From Hyphochytrium catenoides (lineage: Eukaryota > Protista > Hyphochytriomycota), in the NCBI GenBank assembly GCA_900088475.1, contig FLMG01001810.1, positions 1-41,376 on the forward strand: a stretch of DNA of 41,376 nt, written 5' to 3'. Below are positions 10,701 to 22,612 of this stretch, piece after piece. How positions within the stretch are numbered: position 1 is the first letter of the stretch; every line of letters starts with the position of its first letter. Made by a program: the position numbers and the translations under genes. The notes under the pieces were generated by a model. That model saw nothing but the letters and a program-made list of their open reading frames with translations, had not been told where the DNA came from and ran no database searches.

Positions 10701-13154
10701 ACCGATAAGAAGCACCTTTACTGTGAGAGAGCTGGAGAGCGGTGCAGACGAGATTGAGGACGCAGATGAAGCGGGAACGTTGGGAGAAGGGGCATCCGGT
10801 GTATCCAGTAGGTCGGGATTTAACCCTTCGGCGCTCATCTTTAATTTAATCTGCTCCGAAGGCATTCCCATCTTCTGGAGCTTGAAGAATTTCGCAAATA
10901 GCGGATCGTCCTAGAGGGAATGGCAAGCGGAAAATGTCAGGACGATCTACGTGGAGCTTTCTATTAACCTTCTAACGTAGGAAAGAACAAGCCAGGGCCA
11001 CACCAAAAAATTTAGACAAAGCTGGAAGAACCAGTAAGGAGTAAACTTTTGTAGCTCTCCAGTCCTTATCAGGAGCTAGACTGAGGCCAAGCTCAGGTCG
11101 TAAGGATTCTCTAGATGATTGCCTTCAAATACCTTTACTGTTAAAGCCGACACTACGGAACTCTCAGAGGGAGAAGGACCAGGCGGAGGCTGAGGACGGG
11201 TAGTTCCTGTCGTGGACGCAATTGTAGCTGCAGCGGCGTGAGCCTGTACGTAAACAGCAGTTAGTATTGGAGGACAGAAGCTCGGACAGAAACACTGAAG
11301 GGAAGTCATCGCCGCAGCATATCCAGTATAGAAAATGTCCCTTACCAGTCTTAACTCCTCTTGCAGCCTTGCCACCTCTTCTCTCAGCAACATGTTCTCC
11401 TCTTCAAGTCTTTGGTCCTCTTTGGGCGAGGGTTCCGGAGCCGGGGTTAGGGGTGGTGGTTGGCTTGGGGGTTGAGGAACCAAGTGTGAAGGAGGTTGGG
11501 GAAGGAGGGATGGGGGCGCAGGCGTAAGAGGAGGCGCCGGTGTGCGGGGAGGAGTAGGTCCGGTCGAAGTTGCTCGTGCTCTGGAGTCATTTGGGCTTTC
11601 TGGATAGCTAGTTGGCGGCCGAGGGCCAGAAACTATGGAGAGGTTCGGAGAGTCATTGGACAGCTAAGTATTGAGGCCTTCTTCCAAAAGTAAGTAATAG
11701 AGATAGCAGATTGATACAAACGACACCAACAAGGATCAGGCAGCCAAGAACAGACGTTGCGAGCCACCTCAGAGGGAGTCCTAATCAATAAAATGACCCA
11801 GAGCTGAAGAAAATTTGCAGTTTGCAGTGAAGAAGGCTGCAGTATCCAAACCTGAAGCGGGTGGTGTGGGTGTCAGCTTGGGCCCTGTGATTGTTCCCAC
11901 TGTCGGTGACGGCAGAAGGGACTGAGATGAATCGGAACGGGTCGAGCTTCCAGAGAGGCGCTGACTGGGAGGAGGTTGATACCGTCGCCTTCGCAGTCTG
12001 TTCAGCAAGCATTTTGGCTTAGCAAGAAGCATTAATCACACGTCCAACAGGAATAACAGGTCACGGAGAGTCGATTTCCAGCAAGCAACTGGGTCTTATT
12101 AAATCATCCACTCTAAACTCCAAGAATAAAACACGTTATAGACCCAGGCGACAGGCTTAACAACCACCATATCGCGGACCACTATATCGCTCTAAGGGAT
12201 CTTCCTACCTGATGCCCAGAATGCTTCTGCCCTTAGGACCATTCAGGGAGTTGCTGGAAGCCTGCCTCTTCACCTCAAAAACCTAAACGGAGACAAGCCT
12301 GGTCAATCCATGCATCTTTCCTACTCCGTCCTCTTCATTGCTCATAGCCAGTTCGGCCACTCTTACCTTCTCTCTTCTCCTAGTCCATCGTCTGCGTCTA
12401 ACCATGTCAAAGGTAGACGGTGTGGCCTTAGACTCACCCTTGAAGAGCTTCTTGTCCAAGCCACTCCAGCTCCTGGCATAACTCCAACCTAATAAATAGC
12501 CACATTTGTTGGCAGGGACGATGGATTGAAAAAAGCGGTTAGCGTTGACTGGACCAGAAGAGTCAAATGCTAATAGGTTTGCTTTAGAAAGTTGGGCCAG
12601 ACAAGACGATGAAAGACCCCGACGGGACGCCTTGGACTTAAAGAAGGGCGAGGAGGAGGACAGAGTGTCCTCCTCAAAAAATGTAAGCGACTCAAAGGAT
12701 AAGAACAAGCAGACTTCAGGGGCCATTCTTTAGTCTGCCGTTGAAAGTATGCGCGAGGAGTCAAGAGGACAAAGAAGAAAGTGTTCGGATGCTCCACCTT
12801 CACTGTCGCACTCTGTGTACGAGTAATCTATCTCCCAGTCGGAGATCCACCGCCAACCTTCAGGCAAGGGGAGACTCAGGGCAAGATCTTGCTCTCCTGG
12901 TGCTCTGCTTCCACCAGGCGGAACAGCGTGACGGAAACATGGGGGAAGGTTAGGGAATCTTCGTCATGATAGAGCTGAAGGATTGACTGTGTCTGTTGTC
13001 GCTCGACCCCAGCGCGTTCTCACCTGGAGATGCCCTCTCCTGCTCTGTCTGTGTAGGGTTCTCTGTCTACAATGCCCATCTTATCCGACCACTTGCCCCC
13101 CAGCGTCTTGCGCTGGTTCTCAAAGATCTCGTCCACATAAGTTTCAACCGTCAT
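4779..13154 (-). CDS. Multi-exon (~29) formin: DysF domain, Pro-rich region, coiled coil, 3x WASHC3/CCDC53-C-like motifs, FH2 domain, two PAH-like helical repeats
   Basis: Manual GT-AG splicing keeps one frame from ATG 13154 to TAG 4779. FH2 hallmarks: LKGLFWSKV..NNTIW, LLDPKRQQNIGIAI, IPRYIPRLKSFLF, VLAIGNYLNAATPRGQAYGFKLDTLSKL, FGEDPK..SEEFFGIFDQF. DysF hallmarks: EIFENQR, LPEGWRWISDWEID, CDSEGWSYA, VRRRRWTRRR. Confidence 0.88.
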
Positions 13155-13967
13155 CCCTCCCGCACAACTGGCAAATGCCAAGGAGACAGAGCGTATAACT
13201 CTTGTGGATACTAAGAGCCCTCCGAGCACCTTAGGGCCCCTCGCTGATGGGCAAGACAGCAGGCTGTGCGCAACTGCTTTGAAAGAAGAGCGGAGGTGGA
13301 AGGGAGACTACAAGGCATCAAGGACTACAACGCAACCAGGATCGGTAGGTAGCCTCATGCGTGCGGGACTACTGCTAGTCCTGCCCTGTTGCCGTCAGCC
13401 CAACTTCTTCTGATAGTGCATTGAAGCCGTTGTCGGCTGCTGCAGCCTACTTTTCTCTCTTCATGCTACAAGTAGACTGCTGCTGTTGAAAAAAGCTGCG
13501 GGCAGTCAGAGGAGAAGCCTGAACGACTGAACTATCTCACTGTCTGAAGGGCTGAGTGCTGAGTGGAAGGGATCCTAGGAACTAGCTTGGCAGCAAAGCA
13601 GGAGTAGGAGAGTGGCGGGAGGGAAGAAGGCAGCACGAGGAGTGAAGCTTGCAAGCCCTCGAACGGAAAGAAAAAGTTTGGGCTCCCTTGCGAGCATCAC
13701 GAGGACAACGTCGGCGGTTAAGGATAAGGTAAGATGGCATTCTGGCAGTATTGATTTCAACTAGAAAGGACTAGCAAAGGGTTAAGGTTTGAGGCAAAAG
13801 ATGCGCCGTAATGTCCAGCCCAAGATTGAAGTCCCACCCACCGAAATATCGGAGTATGAAGATGAAAAATCATACAGAAATAGTGAAGAAGTACCGGCTC
13901 GGGATCCGCTATTGTACCTTCAGAGTGAGGGTGCTTGCGAATCATGAGTAACCTTTTTCACAGCAGC

Positions 13968-14160
13968 GGAGAGAGAGAGACACACAGAGAAAGAGACAGA
14001 GAGACAGACAGAGAGAGAGAGTGAGAGAGAGAGTGAGAGAGGGAAAGAGAGAAGGGAGACCAGAAGCGGGACGAGGAAGAGCATGAGAGGCCAGAGAGGG
14101 AAAGACTTCTTATTAGAAGATAGTGACTGAGCAAGGCAGTTGGAGAGAGAGAGAGAGACG
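13968..14160. repeat. GA-rich simple repeat tract between divergent genes
   Basis: Interrupted (GA)n runs at 13968-14060 and 14143-14158, between formin ATG (-) and the ATG at 14289 (+). Confidence 0.85.
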
Positions 14161-14288
14161 GTTGACAGCTTAGAGTTGCCCCTTCTTCCTTGCTGGTCTT
14201 GCCCAGTGGCTTTGGTTAGGGTCAAAAGGCACTTTTAACCTCTCTTGCGCGCTTCTCCCTCCTCAAGCCTGCAGCCGCTGCTGCTGGC

Positions 14289-16086
14289 ATGGCGGCAGCT
14301 GGAAGAACTACCCCTCCTCTGCTTAATGGTCTGCTGCGTCGCGTGTCGTCGCTGTGTATGCTGCGGACGCTGGACGATGCGGTTTATGAGGAGTCCTTCA
14401 AAGCACATCTGCTCTCTGTAGCGCATGGGACAGAAACTACAGGGAACCATAGTCAGAGGAGAAAGGAGCGGAAAGACGTTAAGGACCCAGCTATCTGCTA
14501 CCCGGAACTCCTGCAGGTCCAAAGAGCTTTAGGGGATGAGCTTTGTCTTCACCATAACTGGCTTCGGCCTTGCTCTCCAATCTCATCACCTGTCGCAAGA
14601 GTCGAAAATCACCTGGGTCCGTCCTTCCATCCTATTCTGGACCCTCTGCAGCCTGAGGATGAGAAGAGAGTACAAGTTCAGCTGGCCCATCAGCTTTTGA
14701 CAGGCGTTGCTGAAGAGGAACAGGAAGAGTTGGGGTGCCGCGGCGAAAAAGGTAGGACAAGATGTGACTCTGTGATTGCGCCATTCTGGAGGTGGGGAGA
14801 GGCCGCGCGATACAAGGTTATCGCCAGAAATCTTAGAGGGAGGTGAGCGTACGCATAGAAGAGGATGAGATATAAGAGAGTCATTGACCCTGATTTCTTG
14901 CTTCTCGCGCTTCTGTCAGCCTGATAGCAATCGAACAGGAAAGTACAAATGCAAGCGTAGAGGCCAAGTCACACAGGGGCAGGCGGAGTAGGAAGCCACA
15001 AATGGAAGGCATCGGAGACCTGACGGAGACTGTGAAGCTGGAGACTGAGTCTACACTTAGAGAGTCCTTACGGCACCTGCCGCGGCTAACAGCGGAGAAG
15101 TCGGGAAGTTTAGACGATGAGACTGCTCTTTCGCTTCTCTCTAACATATGGAGGCAAACGAAGGCGAAGACCTGGCTCCTGTTGATGGGTTGCAACTTCA
15201 CGGTAAAGGGAACCACTTTCTCTGTCCTAAGCACCTCCTGTGTCCTATGCTACAAGGTTTCTTCCTTTGGCCCCGCATGACAATTCTCCGGGATCTAACT
15301 AAACAGTGGCTAACCTTTAGGTAGGAAGTGTCTACTGCATGCCTCCATCTCGTGGCGCCTGCCTCTCTTCCTTCAGGCACTGGCACCCGAAGGCTTCAGG
15401 AAGGCTAACAGTAGGTGCTCGAGCCTTTGCGAAACATTGTCACAGGGACTCTGATAAATTTTGGGGAACCCTAAAGGTCACTTTAGCCTTGATTGCCTCT
15501 CCCTCTCCTCTGCCATCTGCGGTTGGTCTGCGACCACATTCTCTGCCATTATCAGCTCCAACAAGCTCTTGCTTTGCCAGAGCCCTCTTTGCCTTTTCTA
15601 ACTAACCTCGGTACCTTCCCCAACTGGCTTTCACTGCAGGGTAATGACTCAGTCATCAACGCAGCCGCTGAAGAAAAAGTCCTGTCCATGTTGGCCTCTT
15701 TCAGCTGGGTAAACGTGCATCTACTTCCCCATCAGGAGCCCGTCCTAGAGATCAGAGGTACGTTTTTACGTTCACATAAGGTATCAAAGAGTGCAACTAT
15801 GGCATCTGTTCCCCAGAAAGTCCATGTATAAGGAGGAGAGGAGCAACAAAGCTTGTTGTTAATATCGTGTATTCTATCGTCTAAGATCAAAGCGTTGGCC
15901 TCTCTTTCTAATAAGATCTCTGCTGTCTCCCTTGACCTCTGGCTTTCCCGTCTCTTTGCTTTTCGTTCCTTGTGTTCTGCAGTGCCCGAGGGATATGGCG
16001 CACGGTGGTGTGCGGATGGGAGAAGGTTCCGAGGCTTCTTAGAACCCCACCGTATAGACGGGCATGATAACCGGTGGCGACACTGA
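14289..16086 (+). CDS. 5-exon conserved protein whose C-terminal domain resembles that of plant ASCH-domain proteins (putative toxin-like RNase fold)
   Basis: Approximate exons 14289-14842, 14920-15202, 15321-15476, 15641-15757, 15983-16086, all GT-AG and in frame. Motifs LTVGARAFAKHCHR..FWG, WVNVHLLPH..VLEIRVPEGYGARW..DGRRFRGFLEP..DGH..WRH. Confidence 0.85.
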
Positions 16087-16157
16087 GGAACAGTCGCTAC
16101 GGGGATAGGTCTGGTGTTAGTGGTAGATAGGAGCTACACTCGATGCAGGTAGCCGCG

Positions 16158-19014
16158 CTAAGTATTCTGGTGAGTCGACGATAAGTTGAAGAACCGGAGA
16201 ATAGCGCAAGAACCAACAATAGACCCCATAGGTAGGATGAGAGATTCAACCCTGATGGTAGACTTTCCAGAGCTGCATGCCTGGTGATGCAGCCCTACCA
16301 AAGCCGCGGCCAATATGACTGTTCAGCCCTTTTCCGCTGGATAGCGCCAGGCACACACGACATGGCGGCCAAAGGTTGAAGGGAAGGCAGCACGAGCATG
16401 AAAATCAGTTCCTCGCTGAAAAGCAAGCAGAGTCGCGGTAGACCTCATTCCTGTCATCATTCCACCTTCCCTGACCTTAACCCCTCTCGCTTACCTTCAC
16501 GAGCTCAACTTCTTGGGGAGAGAACTGCAATACTGTTGCGATGGCTCCCTCCATATGCTCCTTGACCTCCATCTCGGAGGCACTCATATAGTTTAGCACA
16601 ATATTTTTCAGGTACTCGTAGCGTTTCTGCTCCTCCAGCGATAGAGCATTGAAAGCAGAAGTCGAAGTACGCCGCCCAGCTTCCTACGTAGGTCCATGAG
16701 AAGGGAAGAGGGAATAAGATGGCAGTTCGTTAGCGACTGACCCATATAAGTTTAACCCTCCAACCTCGTGCGTCTTCTGGCGCACGGTTGAGAGTAAGAG
16801 CGAGAAACAATACAGCGGCGCTGACCATATGACTCCCACAAAGTTATGCATTGCATTGTACGGCTAAGCTCGTCAAGTTTAGTTTCTGCAACTTACCGGC
16901 GCCGGGGCTGCTGGCTGTACGAACTGCAGGCCTGCACTTTCTAGTTGTCGCTTGGCTGCCTGCAAAGCCTCTTCACGTTCGCGGATCACATCCATCGCAT
17001 TCTTCCGGTACGAATCTAGATGGGTTTCACGAGGTGCAATGATAAGAACGGGCATGAAATGCCACCATCAGAAGGAGAGCGCAAACAGTTGTATCTTACT
17101 ATATTCCCGTCTTAACCGATCCAGTTTCTCTTCCGCTGATTCTGCCCCGACCGAAGTCGAGGCATTGAGGTGTCCAACCTTTGCCAGCAGGTCGTCGCGT
17201 TCTTTCTGTAGATTCTCATATCTACAGAACAAAATGCTCAGGTCAACTGGGACAAATAAATGAGGCGAAAGAAAAACCCTGAATTCAACTGACCTTTCTC
17301 GCCATTCTGCAGCTAAAGACGCCTCCCCAGCTGCTGATTTCAACCTCGCCACTTCTTGCTCTGATCTTTCCAATCTTTGTTTCCATGTCGCCTCCTAGAG
17401 GTAAACGTCAGCCATTCCTCACTGAGGCTATCAAACATCCTTCTCTCATGTTCATACCATGTCGTCGAATTCATCCTGGAGTTTAGCAAGCCGCCGAATC
17501 TGTTGCCGCGCACTTTCCAGCTCCGCTGTCAAATCTGCCCCCGCAATTTTCTGCTGAGCCGCCGCCATAGTGCTGGCCTGGATCTGAAAGCCCGAAATGC
17601 CGTGCATGATCAGAATGGAGCGCATATCGACAAGAAGCAAGGAGGTGGAACGAAGCCAGCAGAGTGGTTAAGTTTCAATTCTAGTAACGACGAACCTTCT
17701 GGATCTCAGCCTCCTTTTGTTTTCGAAGAATCTCTGGCGGCAGAGAGCGCAGGCAAGAGGAAGTTAATTCCAGGCTTCTGGAGCCTGATGCTAAGCGCAA
17801 GGTACAAAGATTACCTGCCCGCACCCGATATCGGCGAAATTCCTCCTTCACTTTATCAACTTCCTTCTGAGCATTGGCTCGCTGAGTCCCCAAGGAAAGA
17901 GTGGTTAAACTGTGCAGTTACGGCGCCTTCCCAACTTAGAACATTATAACACCACTCACCACTTCCTCTGCTTCCGCTACCGTGAGGGAAGGAGGCGGAC
18001 AAACGAGAGGCTCCCCGCTTTTCTTCTTGCCAATAAAGGCCTCAAGCTCCGCCTCAGTCGAGAATTTCTTCCAGACCAGCTCGGGTTGCACTCTGCAGAA
18101 ACTTACTTAATGCCCATACTTTCTCACTTGCATTGCCATCGCCCACGTATCTCCTTCCCTAGAGGTTGGCCTATCCTTTTGTTCTCTTACCTTCCCGCCG
18201 CCTCACTATCTATATATTCAATCAGACACCACAGTGCCCCAGCATGCTGAACTCGCTGGTGAATTTTTCTTGGCTCTAAAGCGGCAGAACGATCTCTCGC
18301 TTGTATAGTGGCTGCGGCCTTAGCTGCTTGAATCTAAAGAGTGGGAAATTGACTGTCAGATGGCGCCTTTCATATGACGAGCATTGAATTCTTTTGCAGC
18401 CCGTCGAAGTCTCTAGTGACCGCTATGGAAGCGCAAGGAACCTGCGTTCGCAGTTCCTTTCTCTCGCAGGACCTCTCAGACATGTCGCAGGTGACTCAAG
18501 ACCTACTTCTTCCCGATGCTTCTCAATCACTCGATCCTTTTCCTGGAGCTCGCGCTTGCTGTTTTCAATGCTGCGCTTTGCTAGCTGGAGCAATCTTGTC
18601 AATTTGCTCTCCTATGTTGACACGGACGGCCACAAGGGTTACTTTTATATGTGGTAAACGAAGCTTGCCGGCAAGTGAGGAGAGAAGGGACATAGATGGG
18701 AGATTTGAAGATCAGAGAGCTCTCTGCCGTACCGTGGCCTGGAGCTCTTTGACCTTGACAGACAGCTCTTGTATCGTCTTTCTCTGAGTTTGGGCTTCTT
18801 TTGCAGGATCTTCAACCACAGCTGCCGAAGGCTGCAGTGCTGGAGATTTACTCTTCTCTGCATCACCAAGAGCATCACCGTCCACGGTAAGGCTCCCTGC
18901 TTTGCCGCTTAGCGCAGCGGACACTGTATCATCCTCAACGGCTCCTCCTGCAACAGCTTTCTCAAACGTGTCCAAGCTGCTAGTAGACGCAACCTCATCA
19001 CTGCTTGGGTCCAT
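16158..19014 (-). CDS. GRIP-domain coiled-coil protein (trans-Golgi golgin)
   Basis: Several coiled-coil exons; exon ~16495-16684 encodes YEYLKNIVLNYM..EHMEGAIATVLQFSPQEVELVK (GRIP consensus), followed by RKRAEQSYW. The terminal exon structure is approximate. Confidence 0.88.
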
Positions 19015-19499
19015 ACTCCTCCTTCGGAAACGCTCGGAGGCTTTTGGACCAGTGATGGGTCTAAGTGTGGCTCCTTAAAGTTAGTCTAGGGTACCGACAT
19101 TTGAAGCTTCCCTGAGCGCTCCGCATCGGCAACTGCAGATGTCATGGTCATCGTTGGAGTCAATAGAGTAACTTCAGACAAAGCGGTGGAAAATAGTGAT
19201 GACGGTACAGATCTCCAACGGTCTTGCATCTCAAGGGCACCTTGGCCTTGGACTCCGTGTCCTTGCACCCGTCTGTCCTCATCACTTGGGCGGCGCTCAG
19301 CACGACACACAGCGTCGACGTTGCTGAAGATTCACCTTCGCACTCTTCCGATAACCTTTATCCTAGTCCTGGATCTGGGCAGGTGAGACGGAACCTGCAC
19401 TGTCATGGTGATCGCCTCAGTCTGACTTGTGCGTTCGTGTACCGCCTGTCAGTAACTCGAGCAGCTCCCGCTTCCAGCCGTTAGCGGACGGCACACCGT

Positions 19500-20200
19500 A
19501 CAATCATCATTACAATCATCATAAAGACTACTTGTACTTGGTTGATGATGTTGTTTGTTTGGTCATCATCATGATCATGATGATCATCAGTCAACTGTCC
19601 GCGCCGATGGCCGCCTGCTGCCGTTTATTATTATCATGCTCCAGGCGCCAGTCTCTTCTGCTTCTCTTCTTTCTCCCTTCACTTTTCTACCGTCCTTTTC
19701 AGGCCCCTATTTCTTCTCATCATTTTGCTCCTCTGTCTTCTCTTCTTCTTTTCCCTCATCATCATCCTACTACTACCCTCCATCATCCTCTTTCTTTCTT
19801 TACGTTGCGTCCTTCTTCTCCCACCATTCATATGCTGCTGCATCGTCCATTTCCATCATCCTACTACTACTAGAGGGCGGCGGGCGGAAAGAGGATGCAC
19901 CCCTACCACCTTCTGCAGCTGCTGATGATTATTACTGCTGGGTCTTCTTCTTGTTTCTTCCTTCTTAATAGGGTGGTGGCGAGCGGCGAGGTATGTAGCG
20001 GGGTGACTAGATAAAAGATAGAAGGAGAAAAAGAAGAAAGAGAAGAAGAAGCATGAGGACGGAGCGGCGCACGGCGAGGAGCAGCAGAAAATAGATGTGG
20101 GAAAAACACGAGCTGCAACCTAACTCATCTTTCTTGAAATGTAAGCTTCTCTCTCTTTTTTCTTTGTCTCTTGCAAGCGTCATCATGGCCATCACCATCA
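19500..20200. repeat. Low-complexity (CAT/CTT/GAA-rich) intergenic tract
   Basis: Runs of catcat, cttctt, tactac and gaagaa; ORFs here are compositionally biased. Confidence 0.7.
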
Positions 20201-21011
20201 GCGCACCAAAGGCAGCAGCTGCGTTAACCTCCTACTAATGCACTATGATGCGCCGCAAAGGGAGTGATGAAGAACATCTCCGTCACTGGAGTGCAGTGGT
20301 AAGTTCCACTTCTTGGTTGTTAGACTGTTATGAGGACGAGAAGAGAGTCAACAATACTAAATCACGATACAAACAACTTACACGTGCTCCTCCAGCCGGA
20401 AATATATAGGCTATCGGCGCCACCTTTGCATGTTTGTGGCAGCAAGTAATGATGGATGAAAGGCTCACACACGTTTAGTCGCAGAAGGGTGTCTTGAGGA
20501 ATGCGTCGATTTGAAGGCACAACGGCCATAATTACGTCAAATCTTTCTCTAGTCCTTATAAAAGACCTACTTTTTTATAGGCAAATAATGCATTATTACA
20601 ACATATTGCGGCGATATAAGGACAGCAGCAAGCAGACTGCGCTGACGCTGGGCTGACTGACTGACTGTCAAGATGGCGCTCAACTTCAAGGATTGCACTC
20701 TTTTCTTCATCAGATCAACTCAAGGAGCAGACGCCGCTCATTATCTCAGTCACGGTCTACTACCAGTCAACAAGCAGTCCTCCTTGTCTCTCTTTGCCTT
20801 TGAGATCGCCACCCGCTTGAGACTCTCCAGACGAAGCTGAAGACGAAGACTTGTTGGTGGGCTACTCCTCCATCCGTTTCTCAATCGTTTACTCTTCGAT
20901 TGTCTTGGAGGAGCCTAGGATTGTGTTGAAGGTTCGCACCGGTGCTACGTCATACCCAATAGCGATAAAAGAAAATAGTTCTCATCGAGCTGACTCAGTT
21001 TCCCTGGAAGT

Positions 21012-22612
21012 ATGAGTAGCACAAGTCACATCGCGCTGCGGTTCGTGCAGCTGCTGAAAGCTGCAGCTTATGTCTACACCACGGCCTCAATTTTAATGGC
21101 TCTCAGAAAGTTCATGAGGCTTAGGCACACCAGAGCACGGCTAACCGGCCCAGCAACGACGGATCCGTGCCAGCATTCTCTCTTCTGCAACCACTATGTC
21201 ATGAGTAAGAAGGTGGGAAAACAGCTCTTCTACGGGGTATCCTGTTGTGTCTTCCTCTCATTGTCGCATGTGTCTAATCCATTCTGCATCTCTAGGGTCT
21301 TTGGCTCTTTACTCGTTCATGGGTGCCCACAAGTGGCCCCATCCGTGGTGTCATTTTTATCATTCATGGAATGAACGAGCACATTTTGCGGTACGAGGCC
21401 GTCGCGGAGATGTTGAAGGCGAATGGCTTCGCTGTCTTCGGCATGGACAACCAGGTATAGACCTTATATAGTGACTTCCAAGCAGGTGGATTTTCAAATG
21501 GACCGCATTTCTCAAAGGAAAACTGTGTCATTGGGAGAAGAGTTCTCTCATTCGATTTACCTTCTTAGCACATTTTCTGCCTTCTATATGTCTTTGAATC
21601 AGCTCTTCGTCACTAACTCATGTCCTATGCCTAGGGGATGGGCCGAAGTGAGGGCGATCGCCTCCACGTGGAGCATTTCTTAGACTATGTGGAGGACTAC
21701 TTGGACTTTATGCGCGGCGTACTGGACGAAAAGACCATCAAGAGCCCGGGCAAGCCATTTATAAAGCTGCCTCGCTTCATTTTAGCCCATTCGATGGGCA
21801 CTGTCATTGGCATTCGGTTGAGAGAGGTAAGTTTGGGTCAGGTGCAAGGAGTCAATAGAGCGACGAAGGACTTCATAAAATAGATGGAGAGACTTATGAT
21901 GGTCCTTACCTGCTTCTGCGGCGTCGGCATACGGGCTGCTTCTCTCATGTCCTGCCTGGCTCTTGATTAGGCTTGTGAAGCTGCGAACATCCCTTTGGAT
22001 GGTATTATTTTGTCAGGAGCAGCTCTAATGGTGGATCCTGGCCTGGACAACCCTGTCATGAGAATCGTCTCCAGGGTCCTTAGTTCCCTATTCCCGAAGA
22101 TGCCGGCCCCCAAAATCGATGCTCGTCTGATCTCAGAAGACGATACCGTACGTCTGTCTGTACTTGTTTCCCATTCTTAGCGTAACTCAGAAGACTATCG
22201 GGCCCAGCAGGCGGAGCATGGATCACCTTTATTAGTTGCTGAACAAAACGTCGTCCTCTGCCCTTTGCAGGTTGTCGAGCATTATCTGAGGGACCCGTTG
22301 GTCACTGTGGAGAGACCGACCATGAAGTTTGGAAAAGAGGCCGTGGACAGCATCCGATACTGCCAGAGCTACTGCAAGCAGCTGACAGAGCCACTTCTTA
22401 TTGTGCATGGCGCAGACGATAAGCTGTGCTTCCCTCAGAGTTCCAATCTCATCTACGATCAGGCAGCGTCTAAGGACAAGACTCTTAAAATATACGACGG
22501 GATATCCCACGAACTCTTTAACTCTCTCAAGCGGGATAAGGTGCTCTCTGACATTTTGCAGTGGCTGAATGTTCATCTTCCACCGTCCAGCCCCTCAAAG
22601 AAAAGTAAGTAG
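21012..22612 (+). CDS. Monoacylglycerol lipase / lysophospholipase-type alpha/beta hydrolase (Hydrolase_4 family), 5 exons
   Basis: Spliced protein has LFTRSW, IIHGMNEH..RY, GFAVFGMDNQGMGRSEG, nucleophile elbow AHSMG, GIILSG, Y..DPLV, PLLIVHGADD (Asp) and KTLKIYDGISHEL (His). N-terminal hydrophobic segment. Confidence 0.93.

Noticed and set aside
17960-17976. Apparent 17-nt microexon in the golgin gene
   Set aside because: The frame reads through from the upstream acceptor near 18092, so it is the end of a normal exon.
19427-20198. Overlapping 60-148 aa ORFs rich in H/S/F/L
   Set aside because: Derived from trinucleotide low-complexity intergenic sequence.
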